DNA of 64,000 nt, from positions 253 through 64,252 of IMG/VR virus record IMGVR_UViG_3300029825_000749. The stretch is one strand, 5' to 3'. The notes beneath the pieces were generated by a model. It saw only the letters and a list, made by a program, of their open reading frames with translations. It ran no database searches and had not been told where the DNA came from. This stretch comes from a virus. Positions 29,793 to 39,059 of this stretch are shown piece after piece. The position numbers were made by a program, and so were the translations under genes. Each line of letters begins with the position of its first letter. The stretch's first letter is position 1.

Positions 29793-30545
29793 ATGGGAAT
29801 AGAAAGAAAAACGAAGGAAGAAGTAGATGTAAACAGTTTCTATAATAAGGAGATGCTGCCGCAAGACCTTAAACAAATACCAATCGAGGTCTTAGATGAG
29901 AATGCACAAATCTTAGTTGAAAGGGTGGAAGCAGGAGAAACATTAATAGATGATGAATATGCTGAAGTTAGAAAAATCTTAAAGGAGTATCGTCCTTATA
30001 TTGAAAAATACAAACCTGTAGAAACTGTAAAAGCTTATGAAAAGTTTGAAGAAAATCTTACAACTGAAAGAGAACTCTTAGACATCTTAGATTATGATGC
30101 GGGGGGAACAACTTTACACATGAGACTACCTGTGCATGGAAAAGAATACAAGGATTTATACTTCAAAATTCGTCCATTAAATGATAGTCGTGCAATAAAA
30201 TTCAGTGAAAACCATATAGATTTATTTAAAGATTTGAAACCAAATCAAAGAAGAATTTATGAGAAAAATGCACGTGGAGAACCGATAAGTAAAGAAGAAG
30301 CAGATATTTTAAACAGTATCAATGATAAAATTGTTGAAAATCGTATTGAACAAAAAGCAGAACTTATTAACGAATTATTAGCATTCCAAGTAACTCCACC
30401 AGATTTTGATGGAGATATTGAAAAACGTAAGGATTTTTGGGAGAATAGTTTTCCATTTAATGCTAAAGTTTCCTTATTCATGAAAGTGGAAAGTATATTA
30501 GGTTTAACTGACGAATTTAACGAGAAACTTTTTCCAGATAGCTAA
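29793..30545 (+). CDS. Tail assembly chaperone (gpG-like)
   Basis: Between the tube and tape measure genes. Confidence 0.7.
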   Translation: MGIERKTKEEVDVNSFYNKEMLPQDLKQIPIEVLDENAQILVERVEAGETLIDDEYAEVRKILKEYRPYIEKYKPVETVKAYEKFEENLTTERELLDILDYDAGGTTLHMRLPVHGKEYKDLYFKIRPLNDSRAIKFSENHIDLFKDLKPNQRRIYEKNARGEPISKEEADILNSINDKIVENRIEQKAELINELLAFQVTPPDFDGDIEKRKDFWENSFPFNAKVSLFMKVESILGLTDEFNEKLFPDS

Positions 30546-30735
30546 TAGTTGGCAAGGAGAAGTCTATTTTAGAATTAGTAAACATTTAAACATACCTGTG
30601 AGTGAAGTTATTAAAAAGAAATTCACTCCAGATATAAAATTTTTAATATTTAAATACCACCAACAACTAATTTTTGAAAAAGAAGAAGCAGAGAAAATAA
30701 GAGATATGCAAAGTGAGATGAGAAGTAATGCCTAG
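30508..30735 (+). CDS. Chaperone frameshift extension (gpT-like), +1 frame
   Basis: Open +1 frame FFQIANSWQGEVYFRISKHLNIPVSEVIKKKF...SNA fills the gap to the tape measure gene; no ATG near its 5' end; CTT TTT C slippery site at 30528-30534. Confidence 0.75.
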   Translation: MTNLTRNFFQIANSWQGEVYFRISKHLNIPVSEVIKKKFTPDIKFLIFKYHQQLIFEKEEAEKIRDMQSEMRSNA

Positions 30736-33700
30736 CGCCGAAGATGTAATGATTATGTTTGAGGGGGTAGATAATGTTAGTAATGTTACTTCTGGAATTA
30801 AAAGTGAAATTAATGGAATAGGGTCCAGTGCATCTGCATCTGGAGGTTCTATTACGGGAGCTTTAAGTGAGGCAGCTTCATCTTTCGGTACGCTTAATGG
30901 AATTATTGCAAGTACTGTTGGTGTTCTTGCGGGTAAAAGTTTATCTGATTTAATTGTAGGTAATGCAGAAACAAAAGAAACAAACCAAGTGCTCCTTACA
31001 GGTATGGCTGATACTGAAAGTGGTGTTAATAGTCTTTATGATACAATTGATAATGCTACTAATCAGTCATTAGTTAGTATGAATCAATTAATTCCTGCAT
31101 TAAAAACTTTCAGTGCAGAAACTGGGTTAAATGGATCTTCATTAGAAGAAGTTGTTCCACAATTTGCACAGTTTGGTTCATATATGCTTGCTATGACTGG
31201 CAGTAGTGAAATTGCTACTACTGCTATGACAAAGTTGAGTAATGGGATTTATGGGTCTTCACAATTTCTTAAGAGATATGGTATTAGTCAAGAAGTACTT
31301 AAAGAGAAAGGTTGGAGTGGTCAGGAAGATGATGTAACTGGTTATATGGATGCAGTTATCAAAGCGATTGGTAATACTAATGAATTCATGAATACGACTG
31401 AGGGTGCAGTAATGACTCTTAACAAGAGATTTAGTACTGCAGGTAAATCAATTGGTGAAGAAGTTATCCCTATGATTAAAAAAGCTGCTCAAAGTTTAGT
31501 TGCATTAAATGATTGGTCAGGAGGACAACTTTTTAAGGACTTTCTTTATTTAGCATCAGGTGTAGATATTCTTATAGCTGGTTTGGGGCAATTTACAGTA
31601 ATTGTTAAAGGTTTTGAAAGTGTAATTCAATCACTTAAAGCTTTTGGGGCTGTAGGTACTGCAATAAAATCAAAATTTGTTGGAGCAGATAAATTAGCTG
31701 AAGGTGCTTCTAAAGACAAAGAAGCAGCAGGAAATGCAAAAGTATCGGCAAGTAATAAAGAATTAACTGTAAGTAATGCAGGATTAGCTTCAAGTAATGC
31801 TGAAGTTGGTACTAGTTTTGAAGCTTTAAATGCTATTAAACAATCTACATCAAGTGTTAATGCCTCACTTATAGGTGAGAATGAAGCACTAATTGCAAGC
31901 AATCAAGCATTATCTGAAAGTAATGCTACTGCAGGTGCAACTGGAGAGGTAGATGATGTTTTAGATTTAACTGATATGGAATTAAATAGTGCTGCAAGTC
32001 ATGCGAATACAGTACCTGTTGCAAAAGCACAAAGTGTTCCTACAAATTTAGGTGCAATTGAGAGTGAAACATCACAGGTTGAAAAGAATACTTCATCAAT
32101 ACTAAAGAACAATACTGCTAAATCTGGTTTGAAGAGTAGTGAGAATAATTTAATTAATGGTGTAAAAGATACTGCAGGATCCCTAAGCAAAGAAGGGGAA
32201 ATGATGGGAGATGTAGCGGGCACAACTGGTCTTTTTGGCTCTGGTATAATGGCATCAATTGGGCCATTACTTGCTATAGTAGCAGTAATAGCAGTTGTGG
32301 TAGTCTCAGTTTATGAATTAGGAAAAGCTTTTGGATGGTGGAGTGATGTAGGATCTATGATAGATTCTATAAAATCTGGTGTTCAAAGATTATGGGCAGC
32401 ATTCACCGGTTCGTCTGCAGTTAAAGGAATTGTAAAAACATTACAGATGGGATTCCAAACCCTTAAAAATATTATTGTAGATGTAGGTAGTGTAATCTCT
32501 ACAGTTTTTGGTGAAATCTTTGGATACATGGGTAGTAGTGATCCAGTGAAAAATATAATTAATAGTTTTGGAAAATTACAACCAATAATTAATGGTATTA
32601 GTAAAGCGTTCCAAGGAGCATTTAGTTTTATTAACAGTATACTAGCTAGTTTCATGGATCAGTGGAATGTTTTTGCAAATAGTGATTCTGGTCAAGAATT
32701 ATTCGCAGCCGTTAGACAAGCTTTTCAAGCAGTAGGTCAAGCTTGGAATCAATTACAACCTGCAATAGGACAAATTGTTAGTGCTTTTGGACAATTATTT
32801 GGAGCTATTACAGGTAAAAGTAGTGGTGGGGGTTCATCCAATATTGCCGCCATAATGGTTCAAGTATTAATTTTAGCATTAAAAGGAGCAGTTGTAGTTA
32901 TACGTACATTTGCAACCGCGATACAAATAGTAGCATCAGTGATTAGTGCTGTTGCAGGAGTTATAACTAGTATTGCTGGTGCTATAAACTGGTTACGGGG
33001 AGCATTTAGGAATATAGGTGCTTCAGTACAACATGCAGGACAGATGATAGCGAACTTCCCAAAATATCTAGCTAACCTACCTGGAAAAATAGGACAATTC
33101 ATCACATCCTCTTTACAAAAGATTCTACAATTTGCATCTAAGATGAAAACAAATGCGATGAAAGCTGGAACGAATTTCCTTAATGGAATAATAAATAATA
33201 TTAAAACCTTACCTAGTAAATTATGGAATACCTTACTTAAAGCAATACAAAAGCTTTTACAATTTGATACTAAAGGAAAAGTCGAAGCAGTAAAAGCAGG
33301 GATGAATATTGTAAATGGTGTGATTAACTGGGTTAAACAATTACCTGCAAAAATAGGGCAATGGTTTACAAGTGCGGTTGGAAGAATCTTGAACTTTGTT
33401 GGACAAGCATTAGCAAATGCTCAACAAGTAGGTATGAGTGCAGTAAATGGTGTGATTAACTGGGTTAAAACATTACCTGGTAAAGTTTATAATGAATTTA
33501 TAAAAATTGGACAAAAAATTCATGATTCAGTTTCAAGTGCAGTATCAGCTGCAACAAGTTTTGGATCTGATATTGTAAATGCAGTAATGGGAGCATTACA
33601 CATTGCATCCCCTGGTATAATTCAAAGAAGTATAGCTAAAGAATTTGCAGATATACCTAAAAGAATAAGTGAAAGCAATAGTGATGCAGAAGGAAGAAGT

Positions 33701-34042
33701 AAAAGCTTTGCAGAAAGTATTAAAAAAGGATTTGGTAAACCTAAACTCAACGTTGGAACAGCATTGAACCTTAAAACAAATAATGCAAGCCCCATGGCAG
33801 ATTATCAAAAACATTTGCAGAATCAATTAAAACTTAAAACACAAGCAGTAAACCTTGCAGCTGGTGGAGTAAAAGCTATTGGTGGAACTCAAATTGTGCA
33901 AAAACATGTTCATTTAAGTAAAGGTGCCGTACCTATAGATGCAAGGAATATGACACAACGTGAAGCTGAAAAAGTTGTAATAAGTGCACTTGAACAATGG
34001 GGAAACACTTCAACAACAACATCAACAAATGGGGGTGTATGA
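30728..34042 (+). CDS. Tape measure protein
   Basis: 1104 aa, Ala/Gly-rich helical, with periodic aromatic repeats (WVKQLP..IGQW). Confidence 0.92.
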   Translation: MPSAEDVMIMFEGVDNVSNVTSGIKSEINGIGSSASASGGSITGALSEAASSFGTLNGIIASTVGVLAGKSLSDLIVGNAETKETNQVLLTGMADTESGVNSLYDTIDNATNQSLVSMNQLIPALKTFSAETGLNGSSLEEVVPQFAQFGSYMLAMTGSSEIATTAMTKLSNGIYGSSQFLKRYGISQEVLKEKGWSGQEDDVTGYMDAVIKAIGNTNEFMNTTEGAVMTLNKRFSTAGKSIGEEVIPMIKKAAQSLVALNDWSGGQLFKDFLYLASGVDILIAGLGQFTVIVKGFESVIQSLKAFGAVGTAIKSKFVGADKLAEGASKDKEAAGNAKVSASNKELTVSNAGLASSNAEVGTSFEALNAIKQSTSSVNASLIGENEALIASNQALSESNATAGATGEVDDVLDLTDMELNSAASHANTVPVAKAQSVPTNLGAIESETSQVEKNTSSILKNNTAKSGLKSSENNLINGVKDTAGSLSKEGEMMGDVAGTTGLFGSGIMASIGPLLAIVAVIAVVVVSVYELGKAFGWWSDVGSMIDSIKSGVQRLWAAFTGSSAVKGIVKTLQMGFQTLKNIIVDVGSVISTVFGEIFGYMGSSDPVKNIINSFGKLQPIINGISKAFQGAFSFINSILASFMDQWNVFANSDSGQELFAAVRQAFQAVGQAWNQLQPAIGQIVSAFGQLFGAITGKSSGGGSSNIAAIMVQVLILALKGAVVVIRTFATAIQIVASVISAVAGVITSIAGAINWLRGAFRNIGASVQHAGQMIANFPKYLANLPGKIGQFITSSLQKILQFASKMKTNAMKAGTNFLNGIINNIKTLPSKLWNTLLKAIQKLLQFDTKGKVEAVKAGMNIVNGVINWVKQLPAKIGQWFTSAVGRILNFVGQALANAQQVGMSAVNGVINWVKTLPGKVYNEFIKIGQKIHDSVSSAVSAATSFGSDIVNAVMGALHIASPGIIQRSIAKEFADIPKRISESNSDAEGRSKSFAESIKKGFGKPKLNVGTALNLKTNNASPMADYQKHLQNQLKLKTQAVNLAAGGVKAIGGTQIVQKHVHLSKGAVPIDARNMTQREAEKVVISALEQWGNTSTTTSTNGGV

Positions 34043-34428
34043 GTATGGCTAATGAAAAACATGAAGAAAATGTTGAAATTAATGGATTCTTATTCTATGC
34101 TCATGAAATCACACCAACTGAGTCATATAGTCGAAGAGAATTTAACAGGACAAATATTCTTGGAGGTAGTACCTTTGTTAGTAAAGGAGCATATGTCCCT
34201 AAAGAATTCACATTCAGTGCAGATGTAGATATAAACCCCCTCAAACCAGATATTTATGATAAAGCTTTTAGCTACATTAATAATAATCCCTGTACAGTCA
34301 CATCAAGGTATATGGGAATGTTTACAGCTGAGGTGAAGATTAGTAAAACACATAATAAATCTAGTCCAGCAAATATTAGTTTAAGTATAAGTGTTAAAGA
34401 GATTCCTGAAACAACAGTAGAGGTGTAG
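34039..34428 (+). CDS. Tail tube initiator/distal tail-like protein
   Basis: Follows the tape measure gene; ATG at 34039 overlaps its stop (ORF track starts at 33997). Confidence 0.6.
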   Translation: MSMANEKHEENVEINGFLFYAHEITPTESYSRREFNRTNILGGSTFVSKGAYVPKEFTFSADVDINPLKPDIYDKAFSYINNNPCTVTSRYMGMFTAEVKISKTHNKSSPANISLSISVKEIPETTVEV

Positions 34429-34432
34429 GTGT

Positions 34433-35608
34433 GTGATTGAGGATAAAACAAGTATAACTGAAACACCTGCAAGCACAAACAAATATGTAGACACAGTAAA
34501 ACCTGTGTATGGAGAATATCCTATAAAAAGGGTTTTAAATGAGGAGAATGTTGCTGAGAAAAAGAAGTTAGATAAAAAAAGAAAAGAAGCTGAGAAAAAG
34601 GCTAAGGAAAAAGCAAAAAATGCAGCTTCAAAATCTTCAACAAGCACTGATGAAGAGGGTAATACAGAAAGTACAAAATCTTCATCTACATCCTCATCCT
34701 CTTCAAACTCAAGTAGCTCCTCAAGTTCCAGTAGCTCCTCAACTGATTCTTCAAGTTCCAGTATGAAATCATCATCTAAATCTACAATGTCCTATGGGAC
34801 AAATACTATAGGTGCAATAGCTGCTGGTAAGAAAGGAACAGAATCTGAAAAATTAGATGAAATCTTAAAAACCATTAAAGAGGATGACACTACTTGGACT
34901 GATGAAGATGGTAAAAAGAAAAAGAAAACTTTAGTCAAAGAAGATTTATCAACATCAAAGGCGCAGAAAAATCCTTTTGTGGAAAAAATCCTAAGACCTC
35001 TACAATCTTCAATGAAAGAAGGAATGTTAGAAGTGTACGAAACTGATGAGGAAAACTTCACTCCTTATGAATCTACACCTGAAGAAGATGAAAAAGATAA
35101 GGATAAAGACACTGAAGATGAAGAGGAGGACACTGATGATGAAGAAACAAGTGGTGAAGATGCAACAAGTGATGAAGAAGAAATCACTTATCATCAAGGA
35201 GAAATCCTTAGTACCTCCTACTATCCTTTTAATTTTAGCTACACTTTTGATACGGATTACACTGAGGGAACAGGTGAATCAAAGGTAGATTCATATATAT
35301 TCACTGATGAAGATCTAAATTATATTTACAAAGGTGTACGAGTCTTATTGAAGCTGGGTTGGTTACAATTTGGTGAAAAGTTACCGACAAATGATACTGA
35401 ATTGAAGAAAATCAAAGCAGATATTACAAATAGTGTGACTGCAAAGATTACAAAATTATTCAATCAAAAATGGGCATCACAGAAGAAAGCATATAAAGAA
35501 TACGAAAAAACAAAAGCCGAACAAGAAGCAGCAAAAGCTCAAGCAGAAGCAAGTTCATTAACAAGCGACACGGATGAAGATAGTGGTACTACAACTGAGG
35601 AGAATTAG
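34433..35608 (+). CDS. Baseplate hub-like protein, fragment 1 (Ser-rich and acidic linkers)
   Basis: Ordered core YHQGEIL...YKGVRVLLKLGW among low-complexity tracts; hub position. Confidence 0.55.
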   Translation: MIEDKTSITETPASTNKYVDTVKPVYGEYPIKRVLNEENVAEKKKLDKKRKEAEKKAKEKAKNAASKSSTSTDEEGNTESTKSSSTSSSSSNSSSSSSSSSSSTDSSSSSMKSSSKSTMSYGTNTIGAIAAGKKGTESEKLDEILKTIKEDDTTWTDEDGKKKKKTLVKEDLSTSKAQKNPFVEKILRPLQSSMKEGMLEVYETDEENFTPYESTPEEDEKDKDKDTEDEEEDTDDEETSGEDATSDEEEITYHQGEILSTSYYPFNFSYTFDTDYTEGTGESKVDSYIFTDEDLNYIYKGVRVLLKLGWLQFGEKLPTNDTELKKIKADITNSVTAKITKLFNQKWASQKKAYKEYEKTKAEQEAAKAQAEASSLTSDTDEDSGTTTEEN

Positions 35609-36727
35609 ATGGTAAAGAAGATTAAAGCAGGAAAATCTAGTAATTATTACACTCGACAATCTAATGGTAATTATATCCTCAGAAAAAAATCTGGACAAAT
35701 CATAACAGTTATTAAAAAGGGTTCGGCTCGTGCTAAAAAAGTAAGTCAAAGAGCAACAACATCTTCAGCAAATAGAATAACAAAGAAAGTAAGTAGTAAG
35801 AAATCTTCAAGTAAAAAATCTACATCATCATCTTCATCAAGTTCGTCATCATCTAGATCCTCTGAATCTTCAAGTTCAACTGGAAGTACAACGAGCACTG
35901 ATGGTACAAGTACAGATTCAACATCAACTGAAGAAATTACTCCTACTGGAATTACAATAACATTAAAGCAGTCACTTAAACAAAGCAAAGAAGTGATGAA
36001 ACAAGTAATCAAAGAAAACATCGATGAGGAATATGAAGAAGCTACTACTGGATTAACACATTCCTTACATGGTTTTATATGTGATAGTCAATTTACTTTA
36101 GATGGGTCTGAATTAACACTGGGAGCTTATGATAAGTTACTAGCTAAAAGTGATAAATTAACGTATACTGAAATGTTACGTTCACAAATCCTTGATGAAG
36201 TGATTATGACTGCTGGTTTAATACCTGTAGTGGATTTCACAGATTTAACTGATGAAGTGATTAGTTGGACAAGTGTATCCTCATCAGGCAGTAAGGATAG
36301 TGGTGATGCTCAAGGTGATGGAAGTATGACAGAACAAGAGGCTTGGGATTGGGCTAAGAAAGTACCATACAATCATGGTACTAGTACTCATGATCCTAAG
36401 GAGGCTTATGATAAACTTAATAGTGGTACTGGTGCTGATTGTTATAGTTTAACAGCTGCATTGTATTATATTTTTAATTATAAGGTTGGTATTAAGGCAC
36501 GAGATATTTGTTATCATTCTCCTTATGCAAGTAGTGGTTCTCATCATACTATTCAGTTATATAGGAATGGTTCTTGGGATGATTGTGCTGATAAGTATAG
36601 GTCTTATACTAGTACTAATTTTCATGTTATTAGTTCTCGTTCTGGTGAGCATGTTTGCAGAGAATCTGGTGGTACAAGTTCTAGTTATCCTGCATATAGT
36701 AGTTGTCCTTATAGTAATAATGGTTAA
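35609..36727 (+). CDS. Hub fragment 2 plus C-terminal Cys-His-Asp (transglutaminase/Pei-like) peptidase
   Basis: HGFICDSQF...SQILDEVIMTAG...ISWTSV core; DCYSL...HHTIQLYRNGSWDD triad. Confidence 0.65.
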   Translation: MVKKIKAGKSSNYYTRQSNGNYILRKKSGQIITVIKKGSARAKKVSQRATTSSANRITKKVSSKKSSSKKSTSSSSSSSSSSRSSESSSSTGSTTSTDGTSTDSTSTEEITPTGITITLKQSLKQSKEVMKQVIKENIDEEYEEATTGLTHSLHGFICDSQFTLDGSELTLGAYDKLLAKSDKLTYTEMLRSQILDEVIMTAGLIPVVDFTDLTDEVISWTSVSSSGSKDSGDAQGDGSMTEQEAWDWAKKVPYNHGTSTHDPKEAYDKLNSGTGADCYSLTAALYYIFNYKVGIKARDICYHSPYASSGSHHTIQLYRNGSWDDCADKYRSYTSTNFHVISSRSGEHVCRESGGTSSSYPAYSSCPYSNNG

Positions 36728-36839
36728 AAAAAAACAGATTCCCATTTAATATGAAAGATATACTACTAATTGAGAAAAATAAAAATGTTCGAAATTAGAG
36801 TTAAATTATCCTAAAAATTGGTATAGATGTTTTTTCATC

Positions 36840-37190
36840 AATTTTTTTACTTCCAGGTAAGACACATTGTTTACTTTACCATTTTGTAAATATTTCCATA
36901 CTTTGATTAAGACTTTTTCCTCTCAATTGTTCAATAGAAAAAAATTTTCGAAAAAAATGTAAGTTTTTGCTTGTTTCATGGATATTATCAATGAAAGTTT
37001 TATTCCAAAAAGTACAAATGAGGATCCTTCATAAGATTGAGTGCATATATAATTATTTCAATAGGTATAATTTCAAGATTTCTACATAATTTTATTTTTT
37101 CTTAAATAGGACATTTTTAATGAGAGTGTAACAATCTCTCATTATTTTCCCTATGGTAAATTGAGCAGTTACACGCTGGTTTACCTAACA
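36840..37190 (-). pseudogene. Decayed Prim-Pol fragment homologous to the 4041..6842 primase
   Basis: 36840-37020 reads HLYF/WNKTFIDNIHETSKNLHF...LRGKSLNQSMEIFTKW*SKQCVLPGS versus primase aa 127-182; one frameshift and one stop; weaker similarity out to about 37190. Confidence 0.88.
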
Positions 37191-37395
37191 TTTTATCACC
37201 TAAAAAAAAAATAAATAAATTTATTTGAAAAAATAGAAGATATTTTTGAGTTTGAGGAGGGGAGTTTACCCCCCCTCTTTCTAAATTCTTCAATGTAACC
37301 TTTTAAGGTTTAATTCCTTAAGGTTGCTAAAAAACCCCATATATTTTATTTAAATTCATATACAATCTGGTCATGTTATAAAACAAAAAAATTGT

Positions 37396-37480
37396 GTGAG
37401 TATATCCAAGTCTGGTCAAAGGGTGCAGGTTTAGATCCTGTTGCTTTAGTGCTTCGTAGGTTCGAATCCTACTGCTTATA
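37396..37480 (+). tRNA. trnL: tRNA-Leu (TAG)
   Basis: Acceptor GTGAGTA/TGCTTAT; anticodon arm GCAGG-TTTAGAT-CCTGT; long variable arm; T arm GTAGG-TTCGAAT-CCTAC. Confidence 0.88.
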
Positions 37481-37483
37481 TCA

Positions 37484-37553
37484 CCACAGATGTCAGTTCA
37501 AATCTGGCTTAAGTAATACGTTGCTTGATAGTATAATCTGGTGATTACAGTGG
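37484..37553 (+). ncRNA. Circularly permuted tRNA-like RNA (T arm, closed acceptor stem, D arm)
   Basis: CCAC-AGAT-[GTCAG TTCAAAT CTGGC]-TTAAGTA-A-TACG-T-TGCTTGA-TA-[GTAT AATCTGGTGA TTAC]-A-GTGG. Confidence 0.65.
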
Positions 37554-37925
37554 ACAATTCATACTCCCCTTATTAGCTCGAGACAATGATAAGGGAGCTA
37601 TATGGTTGTAAATAAATTCAAATGTTTCCTCTCATGCTGAGTTTAAATCTCAGGGGAAACTATTTTTATATCAAATCTCCCGTTCTTTATGGAAAATGTA
37701 TAATGGAAAGGCATACATTAAGGGGGAATCATTTATTTTTTAGATTTCCCTATTTCCTCATACATTTAAATAAGCGATTAATAATCATATGGTATTGTAT
37801 GCCCTCTAATAATTTAAACTATTTATGCTGGGTTTGGGGGCGATAGCTCCCAGCTACCACTTTAAAATTTAGTAAATAATTTCATGAAAAAGAGTAAATT
37901 GGTAAATATTTATACTCTTTTCAAA

Positions 37926-37996
37926 GGATTTATAGTGTAATGGTAACATAGAGGATTCCAAACCCTTTAATGTCAGTTCGATTCTGACTAAGTCCA
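37926..37996 (+). tRNA. trnW: tRNA-Trp (CCA), intronless
   Basis: GGATTTA/TAAGTCC acceptor; loop TTCCAAA; T arm GTCAG-TTCGATT-CTGAC. Confidence 0.88.
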
Positions 37997-38202
37997 TTTT
38001 TTTCAAATATTCGATAATTCTGAATAGTTCAGTTGTAAACTATTAGTTGACAACTTAATTTTATCACAAAGTGGTAAAGTAAAATACCACAAAATAGTAA
38101 AGTGATTTACCCGAAAATAGTCCAGTAAAAAAAATCTTCAAACAAAATTTTAAGTAAATAAAGCACGTATGAATTCTAAAAAGTTATTTAAAAACTAAAT
38201 AG

Positions 38203-38229
38203 GGTTTATTAAGGATTCCTTAATAAACC
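38203..38229. promoter_or_regulatory. Perfect 12-bp inverted repeat upstream of the XRE gene (operator candidate)
   Basis: GGTTTATTAAGG-ATT-CCTTAATAAACC, ending about 20 nt before ATG 38251. Confidence 0.55.
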
Positions 38230-38250
38230 TCATGAAGAGATATAAAAAAC

Positions 38251-38622
38251 ATGTTTAATAATCAACATATCACACAACGATTAAAAAAACTAAGAAACCA
38301 ATACAACATCACCATCAAAGAATTATCTCAATACTTACAATTAACTCCTAAAGAAATAAGAGAATTAGAAAATGGTGAAAAAACATTAACAATAAGCATC
38401 ATGGACAAACTATGTAACCTTTATGGTTGCAGTGAAGAATACTTACTATGCCAAAACAATTTCTATGATCCCCACCATTTCATTCATAGTAAAAACGAGT
38501 TAAAAGATTTAGGTGCGATTGCAGCAATGAACACTATAATAAGCAACATACAATTCCTTGATAAAGCATACAATGATTTTAAAAGTAATCTTATAAAAGA
38601 ATTAGAAAAGAATGATGACTAA
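38251..38622 (+). CDS. XRE/Cro-C1 HTH transcription regulator
   Basis: LKKLRNQYNITIKELSQYLQLTPKEIRELENGEK. Confidence 0.88.
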   Translation: MFNNQHITQRLKKLRNQYNITIKELSQYLQLTPKEIRELENGEKTLTISIMDKLCNLYGCSEEYLLCQNNFYDPHHFIHSKNELKDLGAIAAMNTIISNIQFLDKAYNDFKSNLIKELEKNDD

Positions 38623-38800
38623 TAGTTTAGAAGCAGAATATTATTTTGGAATCAAAACAGTAATAGAAGACACTACTACTTTTGATAATTACTGGAGAAA
38701 TGTAAATGCTCATTATTTATTCAACAAATACTACACCCACTTTAAAAAGGTAAGTCATAAATCAGAACACCAATTTTATAAACAATTTCAACCACCCTAA
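38612..38800 (+). CDS. Small hypothetical protein
   Basis: Overlaps the XRE stop. Confidence 0.4.
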   Translation: MMTNSLEAEYYFGIKTVIEDTTTFDNYWRNVNAHYLFNKYYTHFKKVSHKSEHQFYKQFQPP

Positions 38801-38925
38801 AAAAAAGTATGTTGCTATGAACACATTTTGGACACTTAACATTTTAACCACACTTTATTCCTTAAATCAAATTCTAAGTAAGTTAAACCATTTTGAATGA
38901 CCATATTTTTATACATATTATATGA

Positions 38926-39000
38926 GCTATTATAACACAATTAAGTTAGTGCAATCCCTGCGTAAGGGATAGGTTGTAGGTTCGAGTCCTGCTAATAGTT
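38926..39000 (+). tRNA. trnT: tRNA-Thr (CGT), degenerate or possibly pseudo
   Basis: GCTATTA/TAATAGT acceptor, ATCCC-TGCGTAA-GGGAT arm, canonical T arm; but G33, no D-loop GG, and A10-C25 mismatch. Confidence 0.65.
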
Positions 39001-39059
39001 TTTTAAATACACTTAAAAAAGTGTAATGAAAACATGAAAATTTTAAATACACTGAAAAG

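Noticed and set aside
35600-35615. In-frame TAG-ATG junction suggesting amber readthrough or pyrrolysine fusion of hub fragments 1 and 2
   Set aside because: GAGGAG just upstream is a good RBS for the ATG; the equivalent 40069/40087 junction is out of frame; Methanobacteriales are not known to use pyrrolysine.
37484-37860. Two-piece (permuted) tmRNA
   Set aside because: No G3-U70 alanine determinant, a D stem is present, no tag reading frame, and archaea lack tmRNA/SmpB.
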